NCBI GenBank assembly: GCA_044223005.1
Contig: JBGAML010000005.1
Location: 32,001 to 96,000, forward strand
Origin: Candidatus Eiseniibacteriota bacterium
Lineage (GTDB): Bacteria > Eisenbacteria > RBG-16-71-46
Reading direction: 5' to 3'
DNA length: 64,000 bases
Below, in pieces: positions 1 to 8,770 of this stretch; the stretch's first letter is position 1, and each line of letters opens with the position of its first letter. Below the pieces are notes generated by a model, which worked only from the letters and a program-made list of their open reading frames with translations, was not told the DNA's origin and did not search any database. The translations under genes and the position numbers were made by a program.

Positions 1-1
1 G

Positions 2-475
2 CTCCACGGTGCCTTCGCGGAGGAGGGCAAGCTCCCGTTCGATCCGGCGTTCGAGCTCGAGGCCCGCGAGAATGGTGACGAGTTCGAGTTCGAGCCGTCG
101 CTGCTGCTCTGGCACGAGCACCAGGGCTGGATCCTCGGCGCGGACGTGGAGGGCACCCTCGCGTGGCTCCATCACGTGCCCGCCGGTGGCGAGACGACGG
201 AGAAGGGGCTCGCGGCCATGCTCGGCGCCGCGCGCGAGTTCGGCGAGCACGTCGCGTTCGGCTTCGAGGGTTCGTGGCAGCACGCGTTCGAGAGCGAAGG
301 CGATTCGCCCTCGGCGCTGTTCTTCGGGCCCACGCTCGACCTGCGTGGCGAGAAGGCGAACCTGACGATCGGCTGGCACCCGCAGGTGTGGGGCACGCCC
401 GAGACGGGCGCGGGGATCAACCTTGCGGCGTTCCCGCGGTCGGAGTTCCGCGTGATCCTCGGGTTGGAACTCTGA
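2..475 (+). CDS. Hypothetical protein, 3' part (5' end outside window), possibly an outer-membrane beta-barrel
   Basis: The frame of ORF 146..475 is open back to base 2 (LHGAFAEEGKLPFDPAFELE...). It has alternating aromatic/hydrophobic strands and ends RVILGLEL. Confidence 0.6.
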   Translation, partial: LHGAFAEEGKLPFDPAFELEARENGDEFEFEPSLLLWHEHQGWILGADVEGTLAWLHHVPAGGETTEKGLAAMLGAAREFGEHVAFGFEGSWQHAFESEGDSPSALFFGPTLDLRGEKANLTIGWHPQVWGTPETGAGINLAAFPRSEFRVILGLEL

Positions 476-481
476 TCGGCG

Positions 482-515
482 CGCGCGGCCGGCTCTCGAC
501 GGGGCCGGTCGCGCG
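482..515. terminator. GC-rich hairpin between convergent genes
   Basis: CGCGCGGCCGGCTC-loop-GGGCCGGTCGCGCG (with G-U pairs), between stops at 475 and 518. Confidence 0.5.
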
Positions 516-517
516 TT

Positions 518-1303
518 TCAGCGTGATCGCCGCGGCGGCCAGGGCACGAACGGACTCGTCCGGCGCACGTACGCCGCCCAGCCGGGACGCGTCGCCATGT
601 GGCGCTCGAGCAGCGTGACGCCCGACACGCGCAGCAGCAGCGCCGTGAGCAGGGCGGGGCCCGCCAGCGCCCACGCTCCGCCGGGCGTCGCGAGCGCGAT
701 CAGCCCGAGGCCCCAGGCCATGCAGGTCTCGCCGAAGTAGTTCGGGTGCCGCGTCCACGCCCACAGGCCGCGGTCCATCACGCGGCCGCGATTCGCGGGA
801 TTCGACCGGAAGCGGACCAACTGGGCGTCGCCGATCGCCTCGAACGCGAAGCCGGCCAGCCACAGCGCCACGCCCGCCGCGTCCCAGGCGCCGAGCGCGA
901 ACGGCGGGAGCGGGCGGAGCGCGGCATGGATCGGCAGGGCGATGAACCACGCGAGGACCGCCTGCAGCGCGAAAACAGTGACGAGGCTCGTCCACGGAAA
1001 CCTCCTGGGGCTGCGGGCGCGCATCGCGGCGTAGCGTGGATCCTCGCCGCGGCCCCGGTTGCGCCACGCGAGATGAATCGCGAGCCGCACACCCCAGGCC
1101 GTGACGAGGCCGCAGACGAGCCACGCGCGCGGCGTGGCCGCCTGCATCACGCCCCGCTCGACCCAGGCGATCACCACGAAGGCCGGCCCCCAGAGCGGGT
1201 CGATCACGCTCGCGTCCTTGCGGAGGACGCTCACGACCCAGCCCACGAAGAAGAGCGCGCCCGCCGCGAGCAGCCCGGTTCGTGCGGCTTCGGTGACGTT
1301 CAT
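518..1303 (-). CDS. DUF1295 / steroid 5-alpha-reductase-like membrane protein
   Basis: Starts MNVTEAART; motifs DASVIDPLWG, GEDPRY, EAIGDAQL, GLWAWTRHPNYFGE. ATGA overlap with the upstream gene. Confidence 0.9.
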   Translation of the reverse strand: MNVTEAARTGLLAAGALFFVGWVVSVLRKDASVIDPLWGPAFVVIAWVERGVMQAATPRAWLVCGLVTAWGVRLAIHLAWRNRGRGEDPRYAAMRARSPRRFPWTSLVTVFALQAVLAWFIALPIHAALRPLPPFALGAWDAAGVALWLAGFAFEAIGDAQLVRFRSNPANRGRVMDRGLWAWTRHPNYFGETCMAWGLGLIALATPGGAWALAGPALLTALLLRVSGVTLLERHMATRPGWAAYVRRTSPFVPWPPRRSR

Positions 1304-2337
1304 CGGCCGCTCTCCGGAGCCAGGCGTACGTGCGTGACGCCCCATTCGCGCCCGCGATCCCAAGCGAACAGTTCCATGCACGCGAGGTAGAACATGCGCC
1401 AGCGCCGGAACGCGCGGGCCGCGTCGCTGCCGTGCACGCGCGCGAGTACGGGCAGGATCGCGGCACGATTCGCGTCGTGGCGGGCGAGCCACGCACGCAG
1501 CGTGCGCGCGTAGTGGGTGCCCTCGACGATCCATTGCCCGGTGACGCGGAGCGGCCCGGCGGTGTCGCGGAAGAGGCCAGCGCCCGGCATGATGCCGCCG
1601 GTGAAGAAGTGGCGGGCCATCCAGTCGCGCTCGCCCTCGTCCTCGAACGGCCACGCGTATTCGCGATGACAGAAGACGTGCACGAAGGCGGTGCCTCCCG
1701 GCCGGAGCCAGCCGGCGATGCGCCCGAACATCGCCTCCCAGTTGCGCAGGTGCTCGAACATCTCCACCGAGACGACGCGATCGAAGTCCCCGGGCGGCGT
1801 GAAGGTGCTCACGTCGGCGGTGTGCACGGCGAGGTTCCGCAGACCGATTCGTGCCGCGGCGCGCTCGATGTACTCGCGCTGCGCGTGCGAGTTCGACACG
1901 GCGACGATCTCCGCCCGCGGGTGGCGTTCCGCCATCCACAGCGACCACGAGCCCCAGCCGCAGCCCAGTTCGAGGATGCGCTGGCCGTCGGCGAGCCCCG
2001 CGCGTCGCGAGCACCGCTCGAGCATCGCGTCTTCGGATTCCGCGAGGGTGGTGCCGCCATGGTCCCACCAGCCGCACGAGTACTTGAGCCGTGGCCCGAG
2101 CACCTGCACGAAATACTCCGGCGGCAGCTCGTAGTGCTGGCGATTCGCGTCGGCCGTGGCGATGGCCAGCGGACCCCGGCGCCAGGCGTCGAGCCGCGCC
2201 GCGTGGCGCGCGCCGATCGCCTCGGGTCCGCCCGCGCGCTCGGAGGCGAGCTTGCCGGCCAGCAGCCGCCGCATCCCGATCCGCAGCAGGGGATCCGGCA
2301 GGACGCCGCGTTCCGCGAGGTCGATGGCGAGGTTCAT
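1300..2337 (-). CDS. SAM-dependent methyltransferase, cyclopropane-fatty-acyl-phospholipid synthase family
   Basis: Starts MNLAIDLAERG; motifs ANRQHYELP, LKYSCGWW, ILELGCGWGS, VVSVEMFEH. ATGA overlaps on both sides. Confidence 0.9.
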   Translation of the reverse strand: MNLAIDLAERGVLPDPLLRIGMRRLLAGKLASERAGGPEAIGARHAARLDAWRRGPLAIATADANRQHYELPPEYFVQVLGPRLKYSCGWWDHGGTTLAESEDAMLERCSRRAGLADGQRILELGCGWGSWSLWMAERHPRAEIVAVSNSHAQREYIERAAARIGLRNLAVHTADVSTFTPPGDFDRVVSVEMFEHLRNWEAMFGRIAGWLRPGGTAFVHVFCHREYAWPFEDEGERDWMARHFFTGGIMPGAGLFRDTAGPLRVTGQWIVEGTHYARTLRAWLARHDANRAAILPVLARVHGSDAARAFRRWRMFYLACMELFAWDRGREWGVTHVRLAPESGR

Positions 2338-3611
2338 GCGGGCTCCGTTGCCGCGAGCGGGCCGGTTTCGGCCCGTGGACCGGCGAGGTGGAGGTGGACG
2401 AGGCCGATCGTGCGCTCGAGGAACCCGGCCTCGCACGAACCGAAGTACCAGTGCCACGTGCGCCGGAACGTCTCGTCGAATCCCATTCGCTCCAGTTCCG
2501 GCGTCCGCGCGTGGAAGCGCTCGCGCCAGAGGGCGAGCGTGCGCGCGTAGTGCGGCGTCCAGTCGTCGAGGCCCGCGATCCGGAGCGGCGACCGGCTCGT
2601 CGCCGCTCGCACCATCGCGACGACGGAGGGCAGCTCGCCGCCCGGGAAGACGTGCTTGCGGATGAAGTCGTGCGAGCGCCGGTAGGCGGCCTCGTCCTGG
2701 TCGCGAATCACGATCGCCTGCACGAGTCCGAGCCCGTCGGCGGCGAGCAGCCGTCCGAGCACGTCGAAGTAGTCTCCGAGGAACTCGCCGCCCACCGCCT
2801 CGATCATCTCGATCGACACGAGCCGGTCGAACCGGCGCCCGAGCCGGCGCGGCAGGTCGCGGTAGTCCTCGCGCAGCACGGTCACGCGCCCGGCCAGCCC
2901 CGCCGCCGCGACGCGCGCCAGCGCTTCGCGGTGCTGCTCGGCCGAGATCGTGGTCGTGGTGACGTGCACGCCCCAGCGGGAGGCCGCGTGCACCGCGAAG
3001 CCGCCCCAGCCGCTGCCGATCTCGACGACGCGCATCCCCGGGCGCAGGCCGAGCCGCCGGCAGACGACGTCGAGCTTGTGGACCGCGGCTTCCTCCAGCG
3101 ACGCGCCGGGCGCGGGAAAGATCGCGCTCGAGTACATCAGGGTCGGGTCGAGGAAGAGGCGGAAGAAGTCGTTCCCGAGGTCGTAGTGGGCGGCGATGTT
3201 CGCGCGCGCGCCGTGGCGGGTGTTGCGGTGCAACGCCCGCGCGATCGCCCCAATGGGCCGCAGGAGCACCGCCGGCCCGCGATCGAGGGACGCGAGCACG
3301 TCGCGGTGCCGCGCGAGGATGCGGACCACGGTGGTGAGATCGTTGGTGTCCCACTCGCCTCGCACGTACGACTCCGCGGCGCCGAGGCTGCCGCCGAGCG
3401 CGGCCTCGGCCCAGAAGCGCGGGTCGTGAACGCGCACCGTCGCTTCGAGGCCGCCGCCCGGACCACACACCGTCGGCCCCTCGTCCTCGCTCACGACGAT
3501 GCGGTCCGCGGGGAGCGTGGCGAGGCGCGCGAGCAGCGCGCGGCGGCACGCGCGTTCGAACGGTGCGGCCGTGCGCGCGGCACGCGCGGTCATCGGGAGG
3601 CCGGCCGTCAT
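2334..3611 (-). CDS. cfa: Cfa-family fatty-acyl methyltransferase (UfaM/CfaS-like)
   Basis: Motifs NIAAHYDLGNDFF, LMYSSAIF, EIGSGWGG, VSIEMIEAVG, FIRKHVFPGG, YCEAGF-like C-terminus. Confidence 0.88.
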   Translation of the reverse strand: MTAGLPMTARAARTAAPFERACRRALLARLATLPADRIVVSEDEGPTVCGPGGGLEATVRVHDPRFWAEAALGGSLGAAESYVRGEWDTNDLTTVVRILARHRDVLASLDRGPAVLLRPIGAIARALHRNTRHGARANIAAHYDLGNDFFRLFLDPTLMYSSAIFPAPGASLEEAAVHKLDVVCRRLGLRPGMRVVEIGSGWGGFAVHAASRWGVHVTTTTISAEQHREALARVAAAGLAGRVTVLREDYRDLPRRLGRRFDRLVSIEMIEAVGGEFLGDYFDVLGRLLAADGLGLVQAIVIRDQDEAAYRRSHDFIRKHVFPGGELPSVVAMVRAATSRSPLRIAGLDDWTPHYARTLALWRERFHARTPELERMGFDETFRRTWHWYFGSCEAGFLERTIGLVHLHLAGPRAETGPLAATEPA

Positions 3612-4393
3612 GCGGTCCTCCGCCGCGGGCCGTGCACCGCCCGGCCGGGATGCGGATGCAGGGGCACACCCTTGCGCCAGAGACGGAACGCCTGCGTGTA
3701 GATGCCGGCGAGCACCGCCCACGGCATCAGCGGGAAGCGGCGCAGGACCGCGGCGAGGTTGCGGCCATCGAGCGGGCGGCGCTCGAGCGCCAGCGTCGCG
3801 ACGAAGAACCGCCCCGGCGCACCGTGGTTCTCGATCACGACCTGGAGTGCGTTCCCGGGAGCCCCCACGTGGAACCGGTACTCGACCTCCATGTCCATGA
3901 AGGGCGAGACGTGGAACGCCTTGGGGATCGTGATCCGCCACGGCCCCGGCCCGCGGCCGCGCAGGTCGAGCACGTACGCGTGCTTCTCCCGCCACGGCGT
4001 GTTGTGCACCTCCACGAGGACGGCATCGAGCCGTTCGCCCGTGCGGTCGAAGCAGTAGTGGAAGCTGGCCGGATTCATGCCCACGCCGAGCACCCGCAGG
4101 TGCGTGAGCAGCCGGATCGGCCCGTCGGGCCGGAAGCCAGCCTGCTCGTGCACCGTGCGACGCACCGTCTCGTCGAGCGGCTCTCGGGGATCGCCGAGAT
4201 GGTCGGCGCGCCGGAACCACGCGAACGCCGGGCGGTGCGCCGACCAGAGTCGGTGGCCACGGAAGACCTCGTCGAGTTCGGAGAGATCGAGGTAGCAGAA
4301 GAAGAGCGGCACCCGGAAGCGGTGCTCGACCGGGGCGACGCGATGGTGGACGAGTTCGCCCACGTAGAGCGCGCTGGCGAGGCCGCCGCTCAC
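3608..4393 (-). CDS. DUF1365 family protein (UfaO-like)
   Basis: GTG start overlapping the upstream stop; motifs SALYVGELVHHR, MNPASFHYC, EVHNTPWREKH, KAFHVSPFM, IYTQAFRLWRKG. Confidence 0.9.
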   Translation of the reverse strand: MSGGLASALYVGELVHHRVAPVEHRFRVPLFFCYLDLSELDEVFRGHRLWSAHRPAFAWFRRADHLGDPREPLDETVRRTVHEQAGFRPDGPIRLLTHLRVLGVGMNPASFHYCFDRTGERLDAVLVEVHNTPWREKHAYVLDLRGRGPGPWRITIPKAFHVSPFMDMEVEYRFHVGAPGNALQVVIENHGAPGRFFVATLALERRPLDGRNLAAVLRRFPLMPWAVLAGIYTQAFRLWRKGVPLHPHPGRAVHGPRRRTA

Positions 4394-5643
4394 GCAGGGA
4401 CCCCGGCGCGCGAGCACGCGGGCGCGACGCGCGCACCGCTTTCGTGCGCGTCCTCGTGGAAGCCGTTGCGCCACGCGGCGGCGCAGTAGTGGATGCGATC
4501 GCGACCGCTCACCTCGGCATGCCGCGCCTGCGCCGCGATCGCATCGGTCGTGAACACCGGATGCTCGAAGGTCCGGGTGGCGAGGACGCGGGCGGGATCG
4601 ATGCGCTCCGTTCCGTTGAGCGTCAGCAGGATCGGCGTCGACGTCGCATGACCCTGCAGTCGCGAGAGGTCGTAGGTCACACGCACCGCGTGCGCGTCGC
4701 CGGCCGGGACGTGATAGTTCCAGCTCGCCCACGCGCGCCGGCGACGCGGCAGCACGTTCGTGTCGGTGTGCACGACGGCGACGTTGACCTGCGTGCGGAA
4801 GGCGCCGAGCACCTCGCGCTCGAGCGGAGTCGGATCCGCGACGAGCCGCAGTGCGCGAGGTACGCTCGTCGCGAGGACGACCTCGTCGAAGCGCTCGACG
4901 CCGTCGTCCACCCGCACGTCGACGCCACCCGCCACGCGCCGGACCTGCCGCACCGGCGTCCGCAGCCGGAGCCGCGAACGGAAAGACGCGCACAGCGCGT
5001 CGACGTAGGCCGCGGAGCCGCCGATCACGGTTCGCCAGGTCCACTGCCGGTGCGGCGGCTCCAGCAGGCCGTGGTTGCGGAAGAAGCGTACGAAGAACCC
5101 GGCGGGCAGCCGCATCGCGTCGCGTTCGCTCGCGGACCAGATCGCGGCCGCCATCGGGACGAGATAGTGCCGGCGAAAGCTCTCGCCGAAGCCGCCGCGC
5201 TCGACCAGGTCGCCGAGCGTCGCGCCCGCGCCGGCGGCCTCCGCGAGCGTGAGCGCGTCGCGGTTGAAGCGGGCGATATCCGCGAGCATGCGCAGGAACG
5301 CCGGGCGCACGAGGTTCCGCCGCCACGCGAAGATCGCGCTCCAGTCGGTGCCGCAGTACTCGACGCCGGCCGCCGGGTCGGACACGCTGAAGCCCATCGA
5401 CGTGGGACGGGTCGCGACCCCGAGCTCGCTCAGCAGCCGCGTGAAGCGGGGATAGGTCGTTTCGTTGTAGACCATGAACCCGATGTCGACCGGCCATGCG
5501 CGGCCGTCGAGTTCGACACGGATCGTGTCGGCATGTCCGCCGGCGTGCTCCCCGGCCTCGAAGAGCGTGAGGTCGTGCTCGCGATGCAGCGCGTGGGCCG
5601 CCGCGAGGCCCGCCGCCCCGGTACCGATGATGGCGATCTTCAT
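4390..5643 (-). CDS. FAD-dependent oxidoreductase, amine oxidase/desaturase family (UfaD-like)
   Basis: MKIAIIGTGAAG Rossmann motif; GGHADT, VDIGFMVYNETTYP, AWASWNY, GFHED. Confidence 0.9.
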   Translation of the reverse strand: MKIAIIGTGAAGLAAAHALHREHDLTLFEAGEHAGGHADTIRVELDGRAWPVDIGFMVYNETTYPRFTRLLSELGVATRPTSMGFSVSDPAAGVEYCGTDWSAIFAWRRNLVRPAFLRMLADIARFNRDALTLAEAAGAGATLGDLVERGGFGESFRRHYLVPMAAAIWSASERDAMRLPAGFFVRFFRNHGLLEPPHRQWTWRTVIGGSAAYVDALCASFRSRLRLRTPVRQVRRVAGGVDVRVDDGVERFDEVVLATSVPRALRLVADPTPLEREVLGAFRTQVNVAVVHTDTNVLPRRRRAWASWNYHVPAGDAHAVRVTYDLSRLQGHATSTPILLTLNGTERIDPARVLATRTFEHPVFTTDAIAAQARHAEVSGRDRIHYCAAAWRNGFHEDAHESGARVAPACSRAGVPA

Positions 5644-5727
5644 GGCGCTCCATGCAGGGAAGGGGACGCCGCGGACCGACGCCGCGACCCGGTGGTGCTC
5701 GGCGCGGTTGGATGAGGCCGCCCGTTT

Positions 5728-5770
5728 CGAGATGCGCATTTTGAGTCGATTGTGTATAGTTTTTGAAATC
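5728..5770. promoter_or_regulatory. AT-rich divergent promoter/operator candidate between the fatty-acid operon and the CarH-like regulator
   Basis: CATTTTGAGTCGATTGTGTATAGTTTTTGAAATC is a conspicuous AT island with a TATAGT -10-like hexamer and a TATACA box on the minus strand. Confidence 0.5.
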
Positions 5771-5886
5771 GTCGGCCGTCGGGGCGTACGGGGTGTTTCC
5801 GCCAAACCCTTCGCGCGACGTCGGCATCCGACGCGGCGAAGAAGGACGGGCGCGCGTTGCGGCCGTCGCATCGTTGGGGAGGAGCC

Positions 5887-6855
5887 GTGCCGAGGCCACC
5901 GCGCACGAAGACGAACGATCCTGCCGACGACACGGGGACGCCCGGGCTCATGTCCATCGGGGCGCTGTCCCGCGCCTCGGGGATCCCGATCCAGACCATC
6001 CGGACCTGGGAACGCCGCTACGCGTCGCCGGCGTCCGTCCGCAAGCCGTCCGGGCACCGCCTCTATCCGGCAGCGGCGGTCTCGCACCTGCGCAAGGTGT
6101 CCGAGCTGCTGCGGCGCGGGCACCGCCCGGGCGAGGTGTTGACGCTCCCGGGCGCGAAGCTCGACGCGCTGCTCGCCCTGCCGACCGCCGTGCCGCCGGC
6201 GCCGGAAGTTCCGCGCCGCGCCGTGCTCGTCACGCCCGGCCCGGGACAGAAGGCGTCCGTCGCGGCACTGCTCGACGCCGTGCTCGCGCTCGACCGCGAT
6301 GCGCTGCTCGCGATGCTGCGCGCCAACTGGTCGCGGATGGGCCCGCTCGGGTTCCTCGAGGACTGCGCGGGCCCGCTCATGGTCGCGGTGGGGCAGGCGT
6401 GGTGCGAAGGGCGCGCAGAGGTGCGGCACGAGCACTTCGCGACGGCGTGCCTGGGTGGCCTCCTGCGCGAAGTGCGCGAACCGTTCGACGAGCGCGCCCG
6501 CGGTCCGCGTGTCGTCGCCGGGACACTCCCCGGCGACCTGCACGAGGGCGGCCTGCTCATGGCGAGCGTCGTCCTCGCGATGGAGGATCGCCGCGTGCTC
6601 TATCTCGGGTCGAACGTCCCCGTCAGCGAGATCGCGTCCACCGCGCGCGAGCAGGACGCAGAGGCCGTGGCCATCAGCGTCTCGCAGGCGATGCGCGGAA
6701 CGCGGGCGAGCAAGCTCGTCACCGAACTGCGACGGGCGCTGCCGAAGCGTGTCCAGCTGTGGGTGGGAGGTGCCGGTGCGCCGGCGACGCAGGACGGCTT
6801 CGAGCGCTTCTCCGACCTGGCCTCGTTCGATGCGCGGATCCGTGGTGGGCGCTGA
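5887..6855 (+). CDS. MerR-family cobalamin-binding photoreceptor/repressor (CarH/LitR-like)
   Basis: GGAGG RBS before GTG 5887 (alternative ATG 5950). MerR HTH (IGALSRASGIPIQTIRTWERRY..GHRLY), W-x9-EH motif (AWCEGRAEVRHEHF) and B12 motif GDLHEGG. Confidence 0.88.
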   Translation: MPRPPRTKTNDPADDTGTPGLMSIGALSRASGIPIQTIRTWERRYASPASVRKPSGHRLYPAAAVSHLRKVSELLRRGHRPGEVLTLPGAKLDALLALPTAVPPAPEVPRRAVLVTPGPGQKASVAALLDAVLALDRDALLAMLRANWSRMGPLGFLEDCAGPLMVAVGQAWCEGRAEVRHEHFATACLGGLLREVREPFDERARGPRVVAGTLPGDLHEGGLLMASVVLAMEDRRVLYLGSNVPVSEIASTAREQDAEAVAISVSQAMRGTRASKLVTELRRALPKRVQLWVGGAGAPATQDGFERFSDLASFDARIRGGR

Positions 6856-7405
6856 TCGCCGCCGGCCGCTCGCGCCGCTGCTGCTCGCGTTCGCGCTGCT
6901 CGGCGTGGGGCCGCTCCCGACGCATGCCGCGGCTCCGGTGCCCGTGATCGCCGTCGGCGCCCCCATGCCGCCCCTGCGGGGCGATCTGTTGGACGGCCGC
7001 CCGTCGGTCCTTCCGGATTCCGTGCGCGGCGTGAACCTCGTCCTGTTTCTGGGATTCACGTACGCCTCGCGGCACGACGTGGAGCGCTGGGTATCGCGCC
7101 TCCAGCACGACTTCCCGGGCGAGCCGAGGTTTCGCTGGTACGAGGTGCCGGTCATCGGGGGAGCGGGCCGCATCGCGCGCCCGTTCATCGAAGGCGGCAT
7201 GCGCCGGGGGATCCCGAAGCCGCTGCACGCACAGGTGCTCATGGTGTACGGCGGCGGGAACTGGAAGCAGCGCGTGGGCTTCGCCGAACGCGACGTGGGC
7301 TACGTGCTGGTCGTCGACGGCGCCGGACGGGTCACGTGGACGGGTCGCGGGCCCTTTTCCGAGGCCGGCTACCACGTCCTGGCTGAGCACCTGCGGCGGT
7401 TCTGA
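6845..7405 (+). CDS. Exported thioredoxin-like-fold protein without CxxC (ATP10-like)
   Basis: Signal-peptide-like N-terminus (LLLAFALLG..THAA); LVLFLGF..SRHDVERW; IEGGMRRGIP; YVLVVDGAGRVTW. Overlaps the regulator stop. Confidence 0.6.
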   Translation: MGADRRRPLAPLLLAFALLGVGPLPTHAAAPVPVIAVGAPMPPLRGDLLDGRPSVLPDSVRGVNLVLFLGFTYASRHDVERWVSRLQHDFPGEPRFRWYEVPVIGGAGRIARPFIEGGMRRGIPKPLHAQVLMVYGGGNWKQRVGFAERDVGYVLVVDGAGRVTWTGRGPFSEAGYHVLAEHLRRF

Positions 7406-7701
7406 CCGCACTCGCCGCCGGGCCCGGGTATCGATTGGCCTGCCTTCGCCTTGGCGCCGGCCGTTCATCCAGCAACGTGTTCCACCACGAATCGGGCCGA
7501 ACGAATTCCGGTCCTGGGACGTTGTTTTCGTATGGACGCGGGCACGGGACTCCGCGACTATAGGGGCACGGGCGAGTCCTGCTCTCGAGGGTGATTGCAC
7601 CGCGGAAGCACGACTCGTCGCGAATCGCTGGGCGCCCCCCGCGCATCGATTCTGGACTTCGATGACGGAACATCTTGCTCTTCCCCTCGGAGGTGGGCCC
7701 C

Positions 7702-8625
7702 ATGCCGCAGCGCCGCCACGTCATCGCCTCGTTGGGCGCATGCCTCGCGATCGCGATCCTCGCAGGATCGGCTTTCGCACAGACCGCGCTCGACCCCGTG
7801 ACGCTGACCTCGGTCTCCACCGGACACGGCAAGGCTCGCCTGACCGTCACCGCGGGCCCTTCGGGCGCGCCGAACGGTTTCAAGGTGCGGTGGATGACCA
7901 CCGAGCAGTTCGCCGCGCTCGGCGGCGCCTGGCCCGGCATGGTGTCTCCCGGCGAAGGCTGGGTGAACTACACGGGCACGGGCACGCTCGACACGTGGGG
8001 CGCCACGGACGTTTCGTTCCAACTCGCGCCGAACCAGTCGATCGACATCGAGATCGGTGACACGTTCGACGAGACGGGCGTTTCGGGCACGTCGTACCAG
8101 GAGCTCCAGGATGCGTCGACCTACGTGGTGACGGCGACCGCCCTGGGCGGCGGCGCGGTCACCAACAGCCCGCTTTCGGGCCATCAGGATTGCGGCACGT
8201 CGCAGCAGGGTCACGACTGCGTCTACACGCAGGGCTACTGGAAGAACCACACGTCGGCGTGGCCGGTCGGCAGCCTGACGCTCGGCACCACGACCTACAG
8301 CGCGGCACAGCTGCTCTCGATCCTCAACACGTCGGTCAAGGGCAATGGCCTGCTGTCGCTCGCGCACCAGTTGATCGCGACCAAGCTCAACATCGCGTAC
8401 GGCGCGAACGCGTCGAGCATCGCCAGCACGGTCAACGCGGCCGACGCACTGATCGCGGGCCGCATCGTGCCGCCGGTCGGTTCCGGCTCGCTGTCCACGA
8501 GCTCGACCTCGGCGCTGACGCAGGCGCTCGACGATTTCAACAACGACAACGATCACCACAACCACTGTGGCACCGTGCCCGTCCAGCCGTCGACGTGGGG
8601 CCAGCTCAAGGTGATCTACCGCTGA
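7702..8625 (+). CDS. Secreted protein with TQGYWKNH helical domain and C-terminal TWGxLKxxYR tail
   Basis: GGAGGT RBS; signal peptide ending SAFA; ends PVQPSTWGQLKVIYR. Confidence 0.85.
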   Translation: MPQRRHVIASLGACLAIAILAGSAFAQTALDPVTLTSVSTGHGKARLTVTAGPSGAPNGFKVRWMTTEQFAALGGAWPGMVSPGEGWVNYTGTGTLDTWGATDVSFQLAPNQSIDIEIGDTFDETGVSGTSYQELQDASTYVVTATALGGGAVTNSPLSGHQDCGTSQQGHDCVYTQGYWKNHTSAWPVGSLTLGTTTYSAAQLLSILNTSVKGNGLLSLAHQLIATKLNIAYGANASSIASTVNAADALIAGRIVPPVGSGSLSTSSTSALTQALDDFNNDNDHHNHCGTVPVQPSTWGQLKVIYR

Positions 8626-8641
8626 TCGCCGGTTCGCCTTG

Positions 8642-8676
8642 CGGCCGCCCGCCAATCGCGGGCGGCCGTTTCGTTT
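8642..8676 (+). terminator. Rho-independent terminator
   Basis: CGGCCGCCCGC-CAATC-GCGGGCGGCCG followed by TTTCGTTT. Confidence 0.75.
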
Positions 8677-8770
8677 GGCGGCGCGGCCGGCCGGGTGGAG
8701 GATGAGGGGCACGGCCCCGGCGGCCCGGTACCCGGGCCGGGATCGCGGCGGGCGCGGAGCGGAGGAACGG

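Noticed and set aside
518..7242. Apparent long fusion ORFs (519, 789, 700, 763 and 950 aa) across the fatty-acid operon
   Set aside because: The N-terminal extensions are stop-free read-back through neighbouring genes. The true starts are marked by ATGA/GTGA overlaps and family N-termini.
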